Shown here: in pieces, positions 19,093 to 28,789 of the stretch
How the letters are laid out: the number at the start of each line of letters is the position of its first letter
How positions within the stretch are numbered: position 1 is the stretch's first letter
Source of the DNA: Candidatus Lustribacter sp.
Lineage (GTDB): Bacteria > Vulcanimicrobiota > Vulcanimicrobiia > Vulcanimicrobiales > Vulcanimicrobiaceae
Direction: 5' to 3'
Assembly: GCA_965277805.1 (NCBI GenBank)
Contig: OZ255842.1
Span: 2,112,001-2,176,000 of the forward strand
Length of the DNA: 64,000 bases
Made by a program: the position numbers and the translations under genes
Notes under the pieces: generated by a model
Seen by the model: the letters and a program-made list of their open reading frames with translations, nothing else
Database searches by the model: none
What the model was told of the DNA's origin: nothing

Positions 19093-20318
19093 TCGTGGAG
19101 CATTGGGGGTCGCACACCCAGCCGTTCGGCACCCGTGGCAGTCACCGCCACCGTATCGCCCCACCGCGCCAGTTCTCGCTGGCCATCGTCACGGTCGCCG
19201 TCATGGGTGTAGGGTTTGATGGCAAACGAACAGCCCGCTTCGATAACACGGTCGAGGAAGCTCTCCGGATAACGCCGGCCGGCGACCAGCAACGGACCGT
19301 CGTCGCCGGTACCGCGCCCGTGTCCGCCCAGCCCCGTCCACACCGTAGAGTCCGGCTTTTTCTGAAGACCGGCCGCGATCAGTTCGCGCACCGTGACGCC
19401 CGGCTTGAGAATCGCCATCACCCGGTCGAACGCCTCGACCGATCGCTTGTGCGCGTCGATCGTTTCCGGATGCGCCTTCCCGAGCGTGAGCGTTTGATCG
19501 ATCTGCGCGATGTAACCGCTCCAACGGCCGTCGACTTCGAGCGAAAACATATCACCGGCTTGAAACGAGCGCGTCGTCGGCTGCTCGATACGGTGGTACG
19601 GAGCCTCACGCGGACCGCTCACCCAGCCGAACATCGGCGTGAACGTGCCGCCGGCTTCCGCGTTGGCCAACATCATGCGGCCGAAAACGTGTCGTTCCGG
19701 CACGCCGATGCGGGCCGTTTCGACTGCCTCCGCCAGCGTTTGTTCGGCCACCCAGGTGGCCTTGCGCAAGAACGCGATTTCCTCATCCGACTTCACGTAA
19801 CGGGCCTGACCGAGGATGCCGCTGGCACTGACGAAGTCCGCCTTGGGAAATGCCGCCTTGAGCATTTCGACGGACGCGTGGTTCACTTCACCCTCGCGCG
19901 ACCGCACGTGAATGAGGTCGGTCGACGTGAGGCCGGCGATTGCGATTCGGGCTTTCTCGAACCCGCCGCGTTCTTGCATCCAAGCGATTAGGCACGATCC
20001 GCTTTCACCACGCGGCCAGGCGCGAATATCGTCGAACCAATTCGACGACGGCCACACGCCGCCGCGCGAATGCCACGCCGTGACGCCGCCCTCGAACGGA
20101 AACGCGACCGTTTGATCTTCGCCGTTATCGCCGAGCTGGGTGAGATAACGATGGTTAGCCGAACCTCGTCCATGCGCGTTCGTATTCGACATGCACACGA
20201 TCAAGTCGACCTTTTCCGCGTCCATCAGACTGCGTACGCGAGCCCAGCGGCGATCGCGCTCGGCGATCGAGAAGACGGGATTACTCCAGTCCGGTGACCA
20301 TTTCTTCGCATCCGGCAT
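19086..20318 (-). CDS. M24 (pita-bread) peptidase-like protein with non-canonical metal ligands
   Basis: FSxAERDRRW, RYVKSDEEI, GHGRGTGDD, AIKP, WGDTV. Confidence 0.8.
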   Translation of the reverse strand: MPDAKKWSPDWSNPVFSIAERDRRWARVRSLMDAEKVDLIVCMSNTNAHGRGSANHRYLTQLGDNGEDQTVAFPFEGGVTAWHSRGGVWPSSNWFDDIRAWPRGESGSCLIAWMQERGGFEKARIAIAGLTSTDLIHVRSREGEVNHASVEMLKAAFPKADFVSASGILGQARYVKSDEEIAFLRKATWVAEQTLAEAVETARIGVPERHVFGRMMLANAEAGGTFTPMFGWVSGPREAPYHRIEQPTTRSFQAGDMFSLEVDGRWSGYIAQIDQTLTLGKAHPETIDAHKRSVEAFDRVMAILKPGVTVRELIAAGLQKKPDSTVWTGLGGHGRGTGDDGPLLVAGRRYPESFLDRVIEAGCSFAIKPYTHDGDRDDGQRELARWGDTVAVTATGAERLGVRPPMLHEC

Positions 20319-20319
20319 C

Positions 20320-21381
20320 TTAGGCTTTGACGAGTCCGAATTTCGGAATAACTTCTTCGCCGAAGAGTTGCATCGAACGCATTTTCACATCCCGCGGCAT
20401 CGATGTGATCTGATGCTGCGCGAGCAAAATGTCGTAGCCGCAACGCTCTTGCTGCGCGCGGATCTGGCGCACGACGGTCTCGGGCGAACCGATGAACGCT
20501 AACCCTTCGTCGATCCAGAACTCGTATGACTTTGCCGTCTCGAGATAGATGCGCGCCATCTCGAGCATGACCGGGTTCTTCTCCTCGGGCTTCAGCGAGA
20601 GCGCTCGCGCCACGCCTTGCTCGCCGAGCAGGCCTTTGAGCATGTGCGGTTCCGCGTTCTTGCGCGCTTCGGCGTCGGTCTCCGCCACGTGAACGTGACG
20701 GACGAGCAGCGTGCGCGGCAGCGGCTGCGAGGGCTTCTTCTCCGCCCACATGTCGCGGAAGAGCTGAAACTTCTCCGCCGTCGTTTTCTCGGCATCGAGA
20801 TTTTGCGCCATGTTGAAGCCGTGCTCGACCGCGTAGGCGATCGACGTCGCGCTGTGCGCGCCGACCCATACCGGCGGATGCGGTTTCTGAAACGGATGCG
20901 GTTGCACGACGGCATTCTTAAACTTGAAATACTCGCCCTCGTGGGTCACCTCTCGACCGCTCCACGCCTCGAGGACAACATCCATGACTTCGTTGCCGAG
21001 TTCGCGGCGGTGCTCGTAGTCGAGAAACCACGGCTGGAACTCCGGCAAGCGCGTCCCATACCCAAGTGCAAACTCGAGGCGTCCACGCGAGAGCTGGTCG
21101 ACCATCGCCGTGTCCTGCGCCAAGCGGATCGGGTGATGCATGGGCAATTGCAACACCATCGCGCCGATGCGAAGCGTGGTCGTGGCCGCCGCGATGGCAG
21201 TGAGATACACGGCCGGCGATGTAATCACCGGGAATCGGGCGTTCTGGTGCTCGATGAAGAAATAGTACCGGTACCCGAGCTTCTCGCACAGGGCGGCGTC
21301 GCCGATATGCGTGTGGTAGGCGTCGCCGGCGCTGCCCGACTCAGCGCCGACCGTATCGAAAAGGCCGAATTCGAGGTTCAT
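20320..21381 (-). CDS. Luciferase-like (LLM) flavin monooxygenase
   Basis: EHQ, TTTLRIG, HPIRLAQD..MVDQLSRGRLEFALGYG, PFQKPHPPVW. Confidence 0.92.
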   Translation of the reverse strand: MNLEFGLFDTVGAESGSAGDAYHTHIGDAALCEKLGYRYYFFIEHQNARFPVITSPAVYLTAIAAATTTLRIGAMVLQLPMHHPIRLAQDTAMVDQLSRGRLEFALGYGTRLPEFQPWFLDYEHRRELGNEVMDVVLEAWSGREVTHEGEYFKFKNAVVQPHPFQKPHPPVWVGAHSATSIAYAVEHGFNMAQNLDAEKTTAEKFQLFRDMWAEKKPSQPLPRTLLVRHVHVAETDAEARKNAEPHMLKGLLGEQGVARALSLKPEEKNPVMLEMARIYLETAKSYEFWIDEGLAFIGSPETVVRQIRAQQERCGYDILLAQHQITSMPRDVKMRSMQLFGEEVIPKFGLVKA

Positions 21382-22406
21382 GCGGTTCCCATTCTGCTTG
21401 CAGGACCGGACCCACTTTGCCCAGGCTTGCGAATTCTGTAAGATCCTTGCGCTTTGGCCGGCAGCACGGGCTTTTGGAGCGGAACGTATTCGGAGAGGAA
21501 GGCCCGCGCGTCGTACTGTTTGTCGATGACCCCGTATTTGTAGGCAAAGTCCAACGGCGTCTGCACGTCGGCAACCGTAATGGTTTCCGCGATGACCGTA
21601 CGAACGCCGGCTCGAATCTGGGCTGGATCCTGCTTGGTAAACTGCGCTACCATGTCGACGGTCTCGCTTTGGTGGCGATTGGCGTATTGCGCGCCGGCGC
21701 TGAGCCCCGTGACGAATGCCTTTACGGTCGCCGGATTCTTGGCAATGTAGTCGAGCGATGCCACCCAGCACGACAGCAAAAAGCGCGGTGCGACCACGTC
21801 GAGCGGCTTTGCAAGCACGCGAATGCGCCCCGACTGCATCGCTCGCGTGAGGAAAGGCGGCCTCAATACAGCCGTGTCGATCCGTCCCTCGAGGAGCGCC
21901 GCAAGAATTTCGCTCGCGTTGAGTGCGAGCGCACGCAGCGATTTACCGTCGGCTTCATTCCGATCCATCCAAACCCGCGTCGCCACGACGCTGATTTCCG
22001 AAGGGGTGTCGCCCCCCATCACCTTGCCGTTGAGATCGCGCGCCCGATGGATATCCGCATCAGAACGCACGACAAGCCATGCATCGCAGTGATTGGTATC
22101 ATAGAGCGCGATCGGTGCAACGACACGCAACGGAATTCCATGTCCAACGGCCGAGAACACCGGAAACAAACTGCCCGAACCGAACTCGCCCGAACCGCCG
22201 ACGACCCCTGCGATGATCGCCGCCCCGCTTCCCATCGGATCCAACTCGATCTGCACCCCGAGCCGGCTAAAAATCCCAGCCTGCATCGGATAAAGCACTT
22301 GCTTGATCGCATCGCTCGCAAACGAAAGCACTCGCAACGTCGGCAACGTCTGCGCCCCGGCGCCGCTACCAAGGGCAACAGCCGCAAACGGCGCGGCCGC
22401 AGCCAA
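21378..22406 (-). CDS. NMT1/SsuA-type substrate-binding protein with Tat-like signal
   Basis: In-frame upstream RRDFV but no canonical start before it; DLNGKVMG, GRID. Confidence 0.75.
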   Translation of the reverse strand: MAAAAPFAAVALGSGAGAQTLPTLRVLSFASDAIKQVLYPMQAGIFSRLGVQIELDPMGSGAAIIAGVVGGSGEFGSGSLFPVFSAVGHGIPLRVVAPIALYDTNHCDAWLVVRSDADIHRARDLNGKVMGGDTPSEISVVATRVWMDRNEADGKSLRALALNASEILAALLEGRIDTAVLRPPFLTRAMQSGRIRVLAKPLDVVAPRFLLSCWVASLDYIAKNPATVKAFVTGLSAGAQYANRHQSETVDMVAQFTKQDPAQIRAGVRTVIAETITVADVQTPLDFAYKYGVIDKQYDARAFLSEYVPLQKPVLPAKAQGSYRIRKPGQSGSGPASRMGTA

Positions 22407-22429
22407 CCGAACGAAGTCGCGACGATAAA

Positions 22430-23392
22430 CTAGCGTGCAGGTTTCTCCACGGCAGGATTGACGATCTCAGCTGCAGCGAATGTCTTCGCAATCAGCCCGT
22501 ATTTCGCCGACATGTCGATCGCCGGCTGCAGGTCCGAGGGCTCGAGGTACACGGGATCCTCGGAGCCGACGCTACGGGCAACCGTTTTTACGTCGATGCC
22601 GCTAAACTTCGCGACCAATTCATCGGCGCGCGCCGAGTTTGCTTTGGCGGCAACGTTCGCTTCCCGCATCGCCGCTGCAAAACGGCGTACGGCATCCGGG
22701 TTTTGTTCGACGAAGCTGGTCGTCGCCGCCCAACCGGAAAACGCGAAATGTTTCGCGATGCCGTCGTACGCTTTGCCGAGGACGCGATACTTGCCCGAGT
22801 CCACCGCAGCCGTCGAAAAAGGCGGAACGAGGGCGGTTGCCTCGATCCGCCCCGCGTCCAGCGCCGGCAGCATCGCGGAGTTCGACAACTCGATCACGTG
22901 CACGGATTTCGAATCGCCGCCATTGGCATCGATCCACGCCAAGGTCGAGAGCGCATTGAGGTCTTGCAAACTCTGCGAGGAGATCGTCTTGCCGTTGAGA
23001 TCGCGGGCCGACTTGATCGGTGAGTTTTTCAGAACGAACAGCAGCGCAAACGGCATCTCGGTATTGTACATGCCGCCGGGCGCGATGTACTGCAGGTTGA
23101 TCCCTTTGACGTGCGCCTGCGCGACCGAGATGACGTTGACGTAGTCTGCTTGGAGCGAGTTTCCGATCAGCCCGGATAACGGTGAGCCGCCGCCGCTGCC
23201 CGTCAGCACGATTTGGACATCGAGGCCGTACTTCTTGAAGATTCCAGCATCGACACCGAAGAGAGCCGTTCGTGCGCCGATCGTCGGTCCTGAAGCGATC
23301 TGCATCGAGACGACCGCCTGCCCCCCGGCGGGCCCGCCCATGCCGGCGGCGAGCGCGGCCGCGCACGCGAAAACGAATGTCCGGAAATTCAA
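22430..23392 (-). CDS. NMT1/SsuA-type substrate-binding protein
   Basis: Signal peptide; GIFKKYGLDV, SPIKSARDLNGKTI. Confidence 0.88.
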   Translation of the reverse strand: MNFRTFVFACAAALAAGMGGPAGGQAVVSMQIASGPTIGARTALFGVDAGIFKKYGLDVQIVLTGSGGGSPLSGLIGNSLQADYVNVISVAQAHVKGINLQYIAPGGMYNTEMPFALLFVLKNSPIKSARDLNGKTISSQSLQDLNALSTLAWIDANGGDSKSVHVIELSNSAMLPALDAGRIEATALVPPFSTAAVDSGKYRVLGKAYDGIAKHFAFSGWAATTSFVEQNPDAVRRFAAAMREANVAAKANSARADELVAKFSGIDVKTVARSVGSEDPVYLEPSDLQPAIDMSAKYGLIAKTFAAAEIVNPAVEKPAR

Positions 23393-23907
23393 TCGACCGG
23401 ATCCGCTACGTGGTCGACGCGAGCGTCGAGGTATGCGGTCGATCCCGAGCGCTGCAAGCGCTCCTCTGCCGGCACGGCGCTGTAATTGGCGTAGTCGTTG
23501 TCGCGTTCGCGCGCGAAGCCCTCAACTTGGAGCAACTGGAGCGGCTCGTCGGAGCAGCTCTCAAACGAATACATCACACCGCGCGGAACGTAGACGCCTT
23601 CGAGCGGCCCGTACTCACCAACGACCGTATCGTTCTCGCTATAAAAACGTGCCCGCCCGCTCAGCACCATCCAGAGCCCGTCCATTGCCGCATGCGAATG
23701 CAGCGTCGTCTCTCCACCGCGGTTGATTACTTGGATGAAGCCGAACATCAAGTCGCTCGTGAAGAGGCGGGTAATGGCTTTCGGGCGCTCGCCGATGTCG
23801 GGCGGCGCGTAGCGAAACTCTTGGATCTTCGGCTCGTACGGGGGCAGACCGGTGAACGAGAACTTACTCTTGAGCAAAGCACGGGTCTCGGTATCGATTT
23901 CCTTCAT
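23389..23907 (-). CDS. Cupin-domain protein
   Basis: GGETTLHSH...WMVLSGRARFY...VPRGVMYSF; SD GGGGG. Confidence 0.8.
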   Translation of the reverse strand: MKEIDTETRALLKSKFSFTGLPPYEPKIQEFRYAPPDIGERPKAITRLFTSDLMFGFIQVINRGGETTLHSHAAMDGLWMVLSGRARFYSENDTVVGEYGPLEGVYVPRGVMYSFESCSDEPLQLLQVEGFARERDNDYANYSAVPAEERLQRSGSTAYLDARVDHVADPVD

Positions 23908-23963
23908 ACGTCCCCCTGACGGTACGTTGAAATTCGTGGCCCGCGAGGGCGCGCCTTTTCCGA

Positions 23964-24710
23964 TTAGTTAAATGCGGCCCCGCCATCAACAACGAGCGTC
24001 TGCCCGGTAATAAAATCGCTCTCCCCCGAGCACAGAAAGATCACCGCCCCGACAATATCGCCCGGAGTTTCGACGCGCCGCAGCGCTCGCGTAGCTACAG
24101 TCGCAGCACCACGCTCATTTGGCTCCGTGCCTTCCGGCGGTGTATTCCCCGGTGCCACGACGTTGACGCAAATGTTATCGCCCCCGAGCTCACGCGCCAT
24201 CACGCGCGACATCGCGATGACCGCGCCCTTAGAAGCGACATAGTGCATCAATCCGGTGCTGCCCTTAAAGACCGTACCGGATGCAATGTTGACGATCTTC
24301 CCGTGCTTCTGCCGCCGCATGACCGGCGCCACCGCGCGTACGCACTCAAACGTTCCCCGGACGTTCACGCTCATCACGCGATCCCACTCCCCGGAGGAGA
24401 TCTGCTCGAAGGGCTGCGGCTTCAACGTCGTAAAAAGGCCGGCATTGTTCACGAGCGCATCGATCCGTCCGAACGCCTTGTCGGCCCGCTCCACCAACTC
24501 CCCAATCGCGCTCGCCGACGTAATATCTGCAGCACAGCTGAGCACCTCTCCGCCGGACGCGCGAATCTCCGCAGCAACCTCTACCGGATCGGTGAGGTCG
24601 CAGAGAACGGCGATCGCACCTTCGGCAGCTACCGCCTTACCGTAAGCCTTGCCGATCCCCTGACGCGCCCCCGTCACCAAAACAACCCGCCCACCAAGCC
24701 GTCCGCTCAT
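23964..24710 (-). CDS. Classical SDR oxidoreductase
   Basis: TGARQGIG, NNAG, YVASK; start re-called at 24710. Confidence 0.93.
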   Translation of the reverse strand: MSGRLGGRVVLVTGARQGIGKAYGKAVAAEGAIAVLCDLTDPVEVAAEIRASGGEVLSCAADITSASAIGELVERADKAFGRIDALVNNAGLFTTLKPQPFEQISSGEWDRVMSVNVRGTFECVRAVAPVMRRQKHGKIVNIASGTVFKGSTGLMHYVASKGAVIAMSRVMARELGGDNICVNVVAPGNTPPEGTEPNERGAATVATRALRRVETPGDIVGAVIFLCSGESDFITGQTLVVDGGAAFN

Positions 24711-24757
24711 CTCGTCTTGGTAAGACCACATCGCCGTCTGATCCTCCGGAGAATTAC

Positions 24758-25204
24758 GTGATCTACAAAAGAATACTCGTCGGAATCGACGGGTCGGATC
24801 CATCAAAGCTCGCGCTCAAAACGGCGATCGAACTCGCCAAAGCCGCCAACGCCGCGCTCGCGATCATCACGGTGCACGACGAGCGGTTCCTCGAGAGCAG
24901 CGCCACTCCCGAAGATTTCTCAAACATCACCGCGGTCATCGAAACCGACGAAGAACTCGGCAAGGCGCTCCTCGAACGCGCGCGCTCGCAAGCCGCCGCC
25001 GCCGGCATTTCGGACGTAAGCGTGCGAATGCTCGAAGGGGAACCATCCGCACATATCGTGGACGCGGCCAAAGACTTCCACGCGGATCTCATCGTCGTGT
25101 CGACGCACGAGCGCACCGGCCTTGCGCGACTCTTCGTCGGCAGCGTTTCCGAACACGTCATCCGCCACGCGACGTGTAGCGTCTTGGTCGCGCGCCCGTC
25201 CTAA
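24758..25204 (+). CDS. Universal stress protein (UspA family)
   Basis: YKRILVGIDGS, DLIVV..H.RTG...GSVSEHVIRHATCSVLV. Confidence 0.93.
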   Translation: MIYKRILVGIDGSDPSKLALKTAIELAKAANAALAIITVHDERFLESSATPEDFSNITAVIETDEELGKALLERARSQAAAAGISDVSVRMLEGEPSAHIVDAAKDFHADLIVVSTHERTGLARLFVGSVSEHVIRHATCSVLVARPS

Positions 25205-25213
25205 CGCCCGCGG

Positions 25214-25831
25214 TTAGGGAAGCATCGCATCCGCGAGGTCGTCCGCGCCGCGTTCCCGCAACGTTTCAGCCGCCCCAAGCCGATCGCGTTGTTCCTTGTT
25301 CTGGCTCAGCTTCGATTTGCCGCGCAGTGACGTCACGGTGACCTCGAGACCAACGATGTTCCGGAGCATTTCCTCAAGGTAGTCAGGCATCGCATCGCTC
25401 ATGCGCCACGGAACCGGTTCGCCGGCTTCATGAATCTTTGTCAGCTGTCCGACGATACCGCGCAAAAATGCCTCGTCGTGCCGCCATGTAATCGTACCGC
25501 GCGCGTGAACCACCCGGTAGTTCCACGTCGGAACCTGCCGATGCGATTCGTGTTTGCTCGGGTACCAGTTCGGCGAAACGTAATGCTGCGGCCCCTGAAA
25601 TACGACGAGCACCTCGGCACCGTCCGGTACCAGTCGCCATACGTCGTTCGCCCGCGCCACGTGCGCGCGCAAAAGCCCGTTTGCACCACCCGCCGCGTCG
25701 AATACGAACGGCAGGTGATTGGCGAGCAGACCGCTCGACCCGTTCGCGATGAGCGTCGCGAACGGGTACTCGGTCATCAGCGCCTGAACCGCTTCGGCGC
25801 TCGGTTCACCGAAGTGCTCAGGAACGTACAT
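25214..25831 (-). CDS. PaiB-family FMN-binding protein
   Basis: MYVPEHF, HVARAN, GPQHYVSPNWY, VPTWNY, KLSQNK. Confidence 0.92.
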   Translation of the reverse strand: MYVPEHFGEPSAEAVQALMTEYPFATLIANGSSGLLANHLPFVFDAAGGANGLLRAHVARANDVWRLVPDGAEVLVVFQGPQHYVSPNWYPSKHESHRQVPTWNYRVVHARGTITWRHDEAFLRGIVGQLTKIHEAGEPVPWRMSDAMPDYLEEMLRNIVGLEVTVTSLRGKSKLSQNKEQRDRLGAAETLRERGADDLADAMLP

Positions 25832-25839
25832 GTGACCGT

Positions 25840-26367
25840 CTATTCGGTGTGCTCGCCGCCGACCGCGGTTTCGTAGAGGAACCAGATGCGGCGTTCGCTC
25901 TCGTCGATGAAGTTCTCGAGCAGCGACGCGGTCGCGACGTCGCCGGCCTCGTCGACGAGGCTGTGCAGCTCGCGCATCCGCGAGACCAGATCCTTGTTGT
26001 CCTCGACGAGCTGGCGCAGCATCGCGTGCGGCTCGACGTACTCGCGATCGTCGTCGTCCACCTTCGTGATCTTAGCGATCTGGCCAACACTGCGCAGCGC
26101 CGGCTGGCCAAGCTTGCGCCCGCGTTCCGCAAGCACGTCGATCATCGCGAAGATCTGATCGGCATGCTCGTCGAGCAACTCGTGATATTCCTTATAGTGG
26201 CTGCCCGAGACGTGCCAATGGTAGTTCTTCGTCTTGAAATAAAGTGCCACCACATCAGCCGTGACCGGCAACAGCGCTTCGCCGATCTTCCGGCGGTCGT
26301 CTTCCGGAAGATCCGAAGGCGTTCCCAATCGTGCTTGAAACTTCGAAACTTTGGTCGTGGTCGTCAC
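25840..26367 (-). CDS. dps: Dps ferritin-like DNA protection protein
   Basis: KTKNYHWHVSG, HELLDE, D.LAER, E.RIWFL. Confidence 0.93.
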   Translation of the reverse strand: MTTTTKVSKFQARLGTPSDLPEDDRRKIGEALLPVTADVVALYFKTKNYHWHVSGSHYKEYHELLDEHADQIFAMIDVLAERGRKLGQPALRSVGQIAKITKVDDDDREYVEPHAMLRQLVEDNKDLVSRMRELHSLVDEAGDVATASLLENFIDESERRIWFLYETAVGGEHTE

Positions 26368-26492
26368 GGACTCGTCTCCCTTAACTGCGAACTCCAGTGC
26401 CTAGAGGCAACAGGGTACACCCCCTCGCCGGTCTTTGCAAGGTGTTTTTCTTCGGAAGCGCTCTCACCATCGGGGCGAGAACACTGGCCGTA

Positions 26493-26730
26493 ATGGGTCC
26501 TCGTTGGGCCGCGCTGGCAGTGCTCTGCGTCGGCATGCTGATGATCGTGCTCGACAGCACGATCGTCAACGTGACGTTGCCGTCAATACAATCCGATCTC
26601 GGGTTCACCCCCGCGAATCTCGCCTGGGTCATCAACGGCTACATGATCCGGAGCTGTGCCTTTTTACGTTTGCGTCGTTACTGTGCGGGATCGCGTGGAC
26701 GCGGGAGTTGCTCGTCGGCGCGCCCCGGAC
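26493..26730 (+). pseudogene. Remnant of a DHA2/EmrB MFS efflux gene
   Basis: MIVLDSTIVNVTLPSIQSDLGF...WVINGY, then FTFASLLCGIA...LLVGA in another frame; the motif A loop between them is deleted. Confidence 0.8.
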
Positions 26731-26828
26731 TCATTCAAACGACGGCGTAAGTCGGCAGCGCATTCGGGCTCGCAATTCTCACAACGACGCCGTAACCGTC
26801 TTGCACGCTTAGTTATACTTGAACACGA

Positions 26829-27137
26829 ATGGTTCGCGAGGCTGCGCTGCCGGCCGTCGCCGCGGTGGTGGCCGCCGTGTTCTTTGCGACGCGGCGCCGA
26901 TGGGTGCTCATGGCATTAGCGACCATCGTTGCAGGCATGCTCAAACCGAACGACGCGCTGGTGCGGTTGGCGACGCTGCGCGCGGCGATGGCATTCTACG
27001 TCGTCGGCGGGCGTGACCCGCACGAGTTTCGTCGATGCGTCCCGCTCGCATGCGCGCTCTTGCCGCTCATTCCCCCATACGAACACGAACCGGATACGGT
27101 CCTCGCTCTGTTGCAACCGTCAAAAACTGACCGTTGA
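26829..27137 (+). pseudogene. Membrane protein remnant, possibly GT87-like
   Basis: Hydrophobic pieces with MLKP and PYEHE; short and internally compressed. Confidence 0.3.
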
Positions 27138-27405
27138 CCGCAACGCCCACGGTATCATCCGCTTTCGGCGACTGCGGGACGTCCGGATTCACCCACACGG
27201 TGCCGTCAGCAAACGTCGCCTTCTCCACCGCAACACGCATCTCCGAATTGAGCTCGTTCTCCGCAAATGAATGCTTGATGAACACCCCAGTCGCGAAAGA
27301 ACCGACATCGTCGAAGCGGTCAACAACATAATCCTTGGTCTCGAGAGCAAACACAACTTCGGTCGCGCCGTAGACCGCAATTGGCCCGAGCCGGCCGCAG
27401 GTGCG
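27067..27405 (-). pseudogene. N-truncated fragment of a secreted beta-sandwich protein
   Basis: ATEVVF...DVGSFATGV.IKHSF...FADGTVW; no signal peptide; in-frame stop immediately upstream. Confidence 0.45.
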
Positions 27406-27467
27406 TTACTGTATCAGTTACGCCGCCCGTCTACCGGTCGGATGACCGCGCGCGAGAAGGCCTCTCC

Positions 27468-27761
27468 TCAGCAGAATCCCGGGTACAGGAGACGCAGCAG
27501 TGCCAGGCGATCGTCGCGGCCGAGCATAAGGGCGTCCGCGATCCGGCTCAGCAAGCGGGGCGAAACATCGCTTCGCCCGCCTTCGATGAGCGCGTACCAC
27601 ACGCGGCTCACACCGACGGCCTCCGCGAGTTCTTCCTGTGTAACAGCGCGCCCGATCCGGCGCTGCTGACGAAGGTGCGGTCCGATGGCCGGGGCCGTGG
27701 CGGAAAGCTGCTTGCGTCTCGCCTTGATAAAATTGCCGGCGTCAACTACGCGATCTGTCAT
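27468..27761 (-). CDS. Stand-alone XRE/MmyB-like HTH regulator
   Basis: RRIGRAVTQEELAEAVGVSRVWYALIEGG; paralog of the 4209 HTH. Confidence 0.85.
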   Translation of the reverse strand: MTDRVVDAGNFIKARRKQLSATAPAIGPHLRQQRRIGRAVTQEELAEAVGVSRVWYALIEGGRSDVSPRLLSRIADALMLGRDDRLALLRLLYPGFC

Positions 27762-27936
27762 GCGCGAATGCTAGCCGAACAGCGGTCGCGCGGACAAGAC
27801 GAACCGTGATCCTATGAACGCAGGCTACCGTCATGCAACCGTATACAACCGCTGAACTGTCCGGACTCCAAACGGCTCTCTGCTCGGTACCGTACCAGAG
27901 GAGAGCCCGTACGCTGTGATATAGGAAACCAGCAGC

Positions 27937-28308
27937 ATGAAAACCATCAAGATTCCCAACGCCGATCACCCGATCACCGTCGAGCCGACCTCCGGCCGCG
28001 TCCGCGTGCTTTCGGGCGGCAAGGTTGTCGCCGATACACGCAATGCCCTCACGCTTCGCGAAAGCGACTATCCGCCAGTACAGTATATTCCGCGCAGCGA
28101 TGTTGACATGCAACTGCTCGCTCGCACGGACAATGCGACGTACTGCCCCTACAAAGGTGATGCGGCGTATTACAGCGTGACGCCCGGCGGCGAGCGCGCG
28201 ATCAATGCGGTCTGGACGTACGAAGCACCTTATGAGGCGGTCGCAAGCATCAAAGACCACCTCGCCTTCTACCCGGATCGCGTGGATGCGATCGAGCAGA
28301 CCGCCTAG
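27937..28308 (+). CDS. DUF427 protein
   Basis: HPITVEP, L.ES.YPPVQYIPR.DV, TYCPYKGDAAYY, AVWTYE. Confidence 0.9.
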   Translation: MKTIKIPNADHPITVEPTSGRVRVLSGGKVVADTRNALTLRESDYPPVQYIPRSDVDMQLLARTDNATYCPYKGDAAYYSVTPGGERAINAVWTYEAPYEAVASIKDHLAFYPDRVDAIEQTA

Positions 28309-28727
28309 TCGTCGTCGAGCCCGTTGTCTTCCATATACTGTAAGAAATCGAGCGAGTACGTGATCTCGGGGTGCTCGGCGAGCCACGGATTTTCCTCGAT
28401 CGCCTCGACCCGGTTACCGAGATAGAGCTCGCGGTTGAGCGCGTAGTTGTTCCAGGCGTCGGCACCACCGGCAACGGCATGTTCTCGCACGTACGCCGCG
28501 ACGTCTTCGTCCGTTTTCGCTGCGGCTACGACGTCGCGAAGATCGTCGGGCTTGATGCCGAGGCTCTCGAGCATCCGCCCGGTGAAGCCTTCGATCGTGT
28601 AGCCCGCGAGATTCCCGCCCGGCAGCGACGCGCGAAACTTATCGATCGAGCGCGGCAGAAAGACGATGCCGGCAAGTTCGTCACGCGTCCGGCGCGGGTG
28701 TTGTTGGCTGAGATCGAGCGGTTCCAT
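28305..28727 (-). CDS. DUF5069-like protein
   Basis: LDL...PR....LAGIVFLPRSIDKFRA.LPG.NL.GY. Confidence 0.75.
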   Translation of the reverse strand: MEPLDLSQQHPRRTRDELAGIVFLPRSIDKFRASLPGGNLAGYTIEGFTGRMLESLGIKPDDLRDVVAAAKTDEDVAAYVREHAVAGGADAWNNYALNRELYLGNRVEAIEENPWLAEHPEITYSLDFLQYMEDNGLDDD

Positions 28728-28789
28728 ACGCCGCCATCAACTCGTACCGCAAACGATCGTTTGCACTAACCTCGACGTTAGTACCCCTG

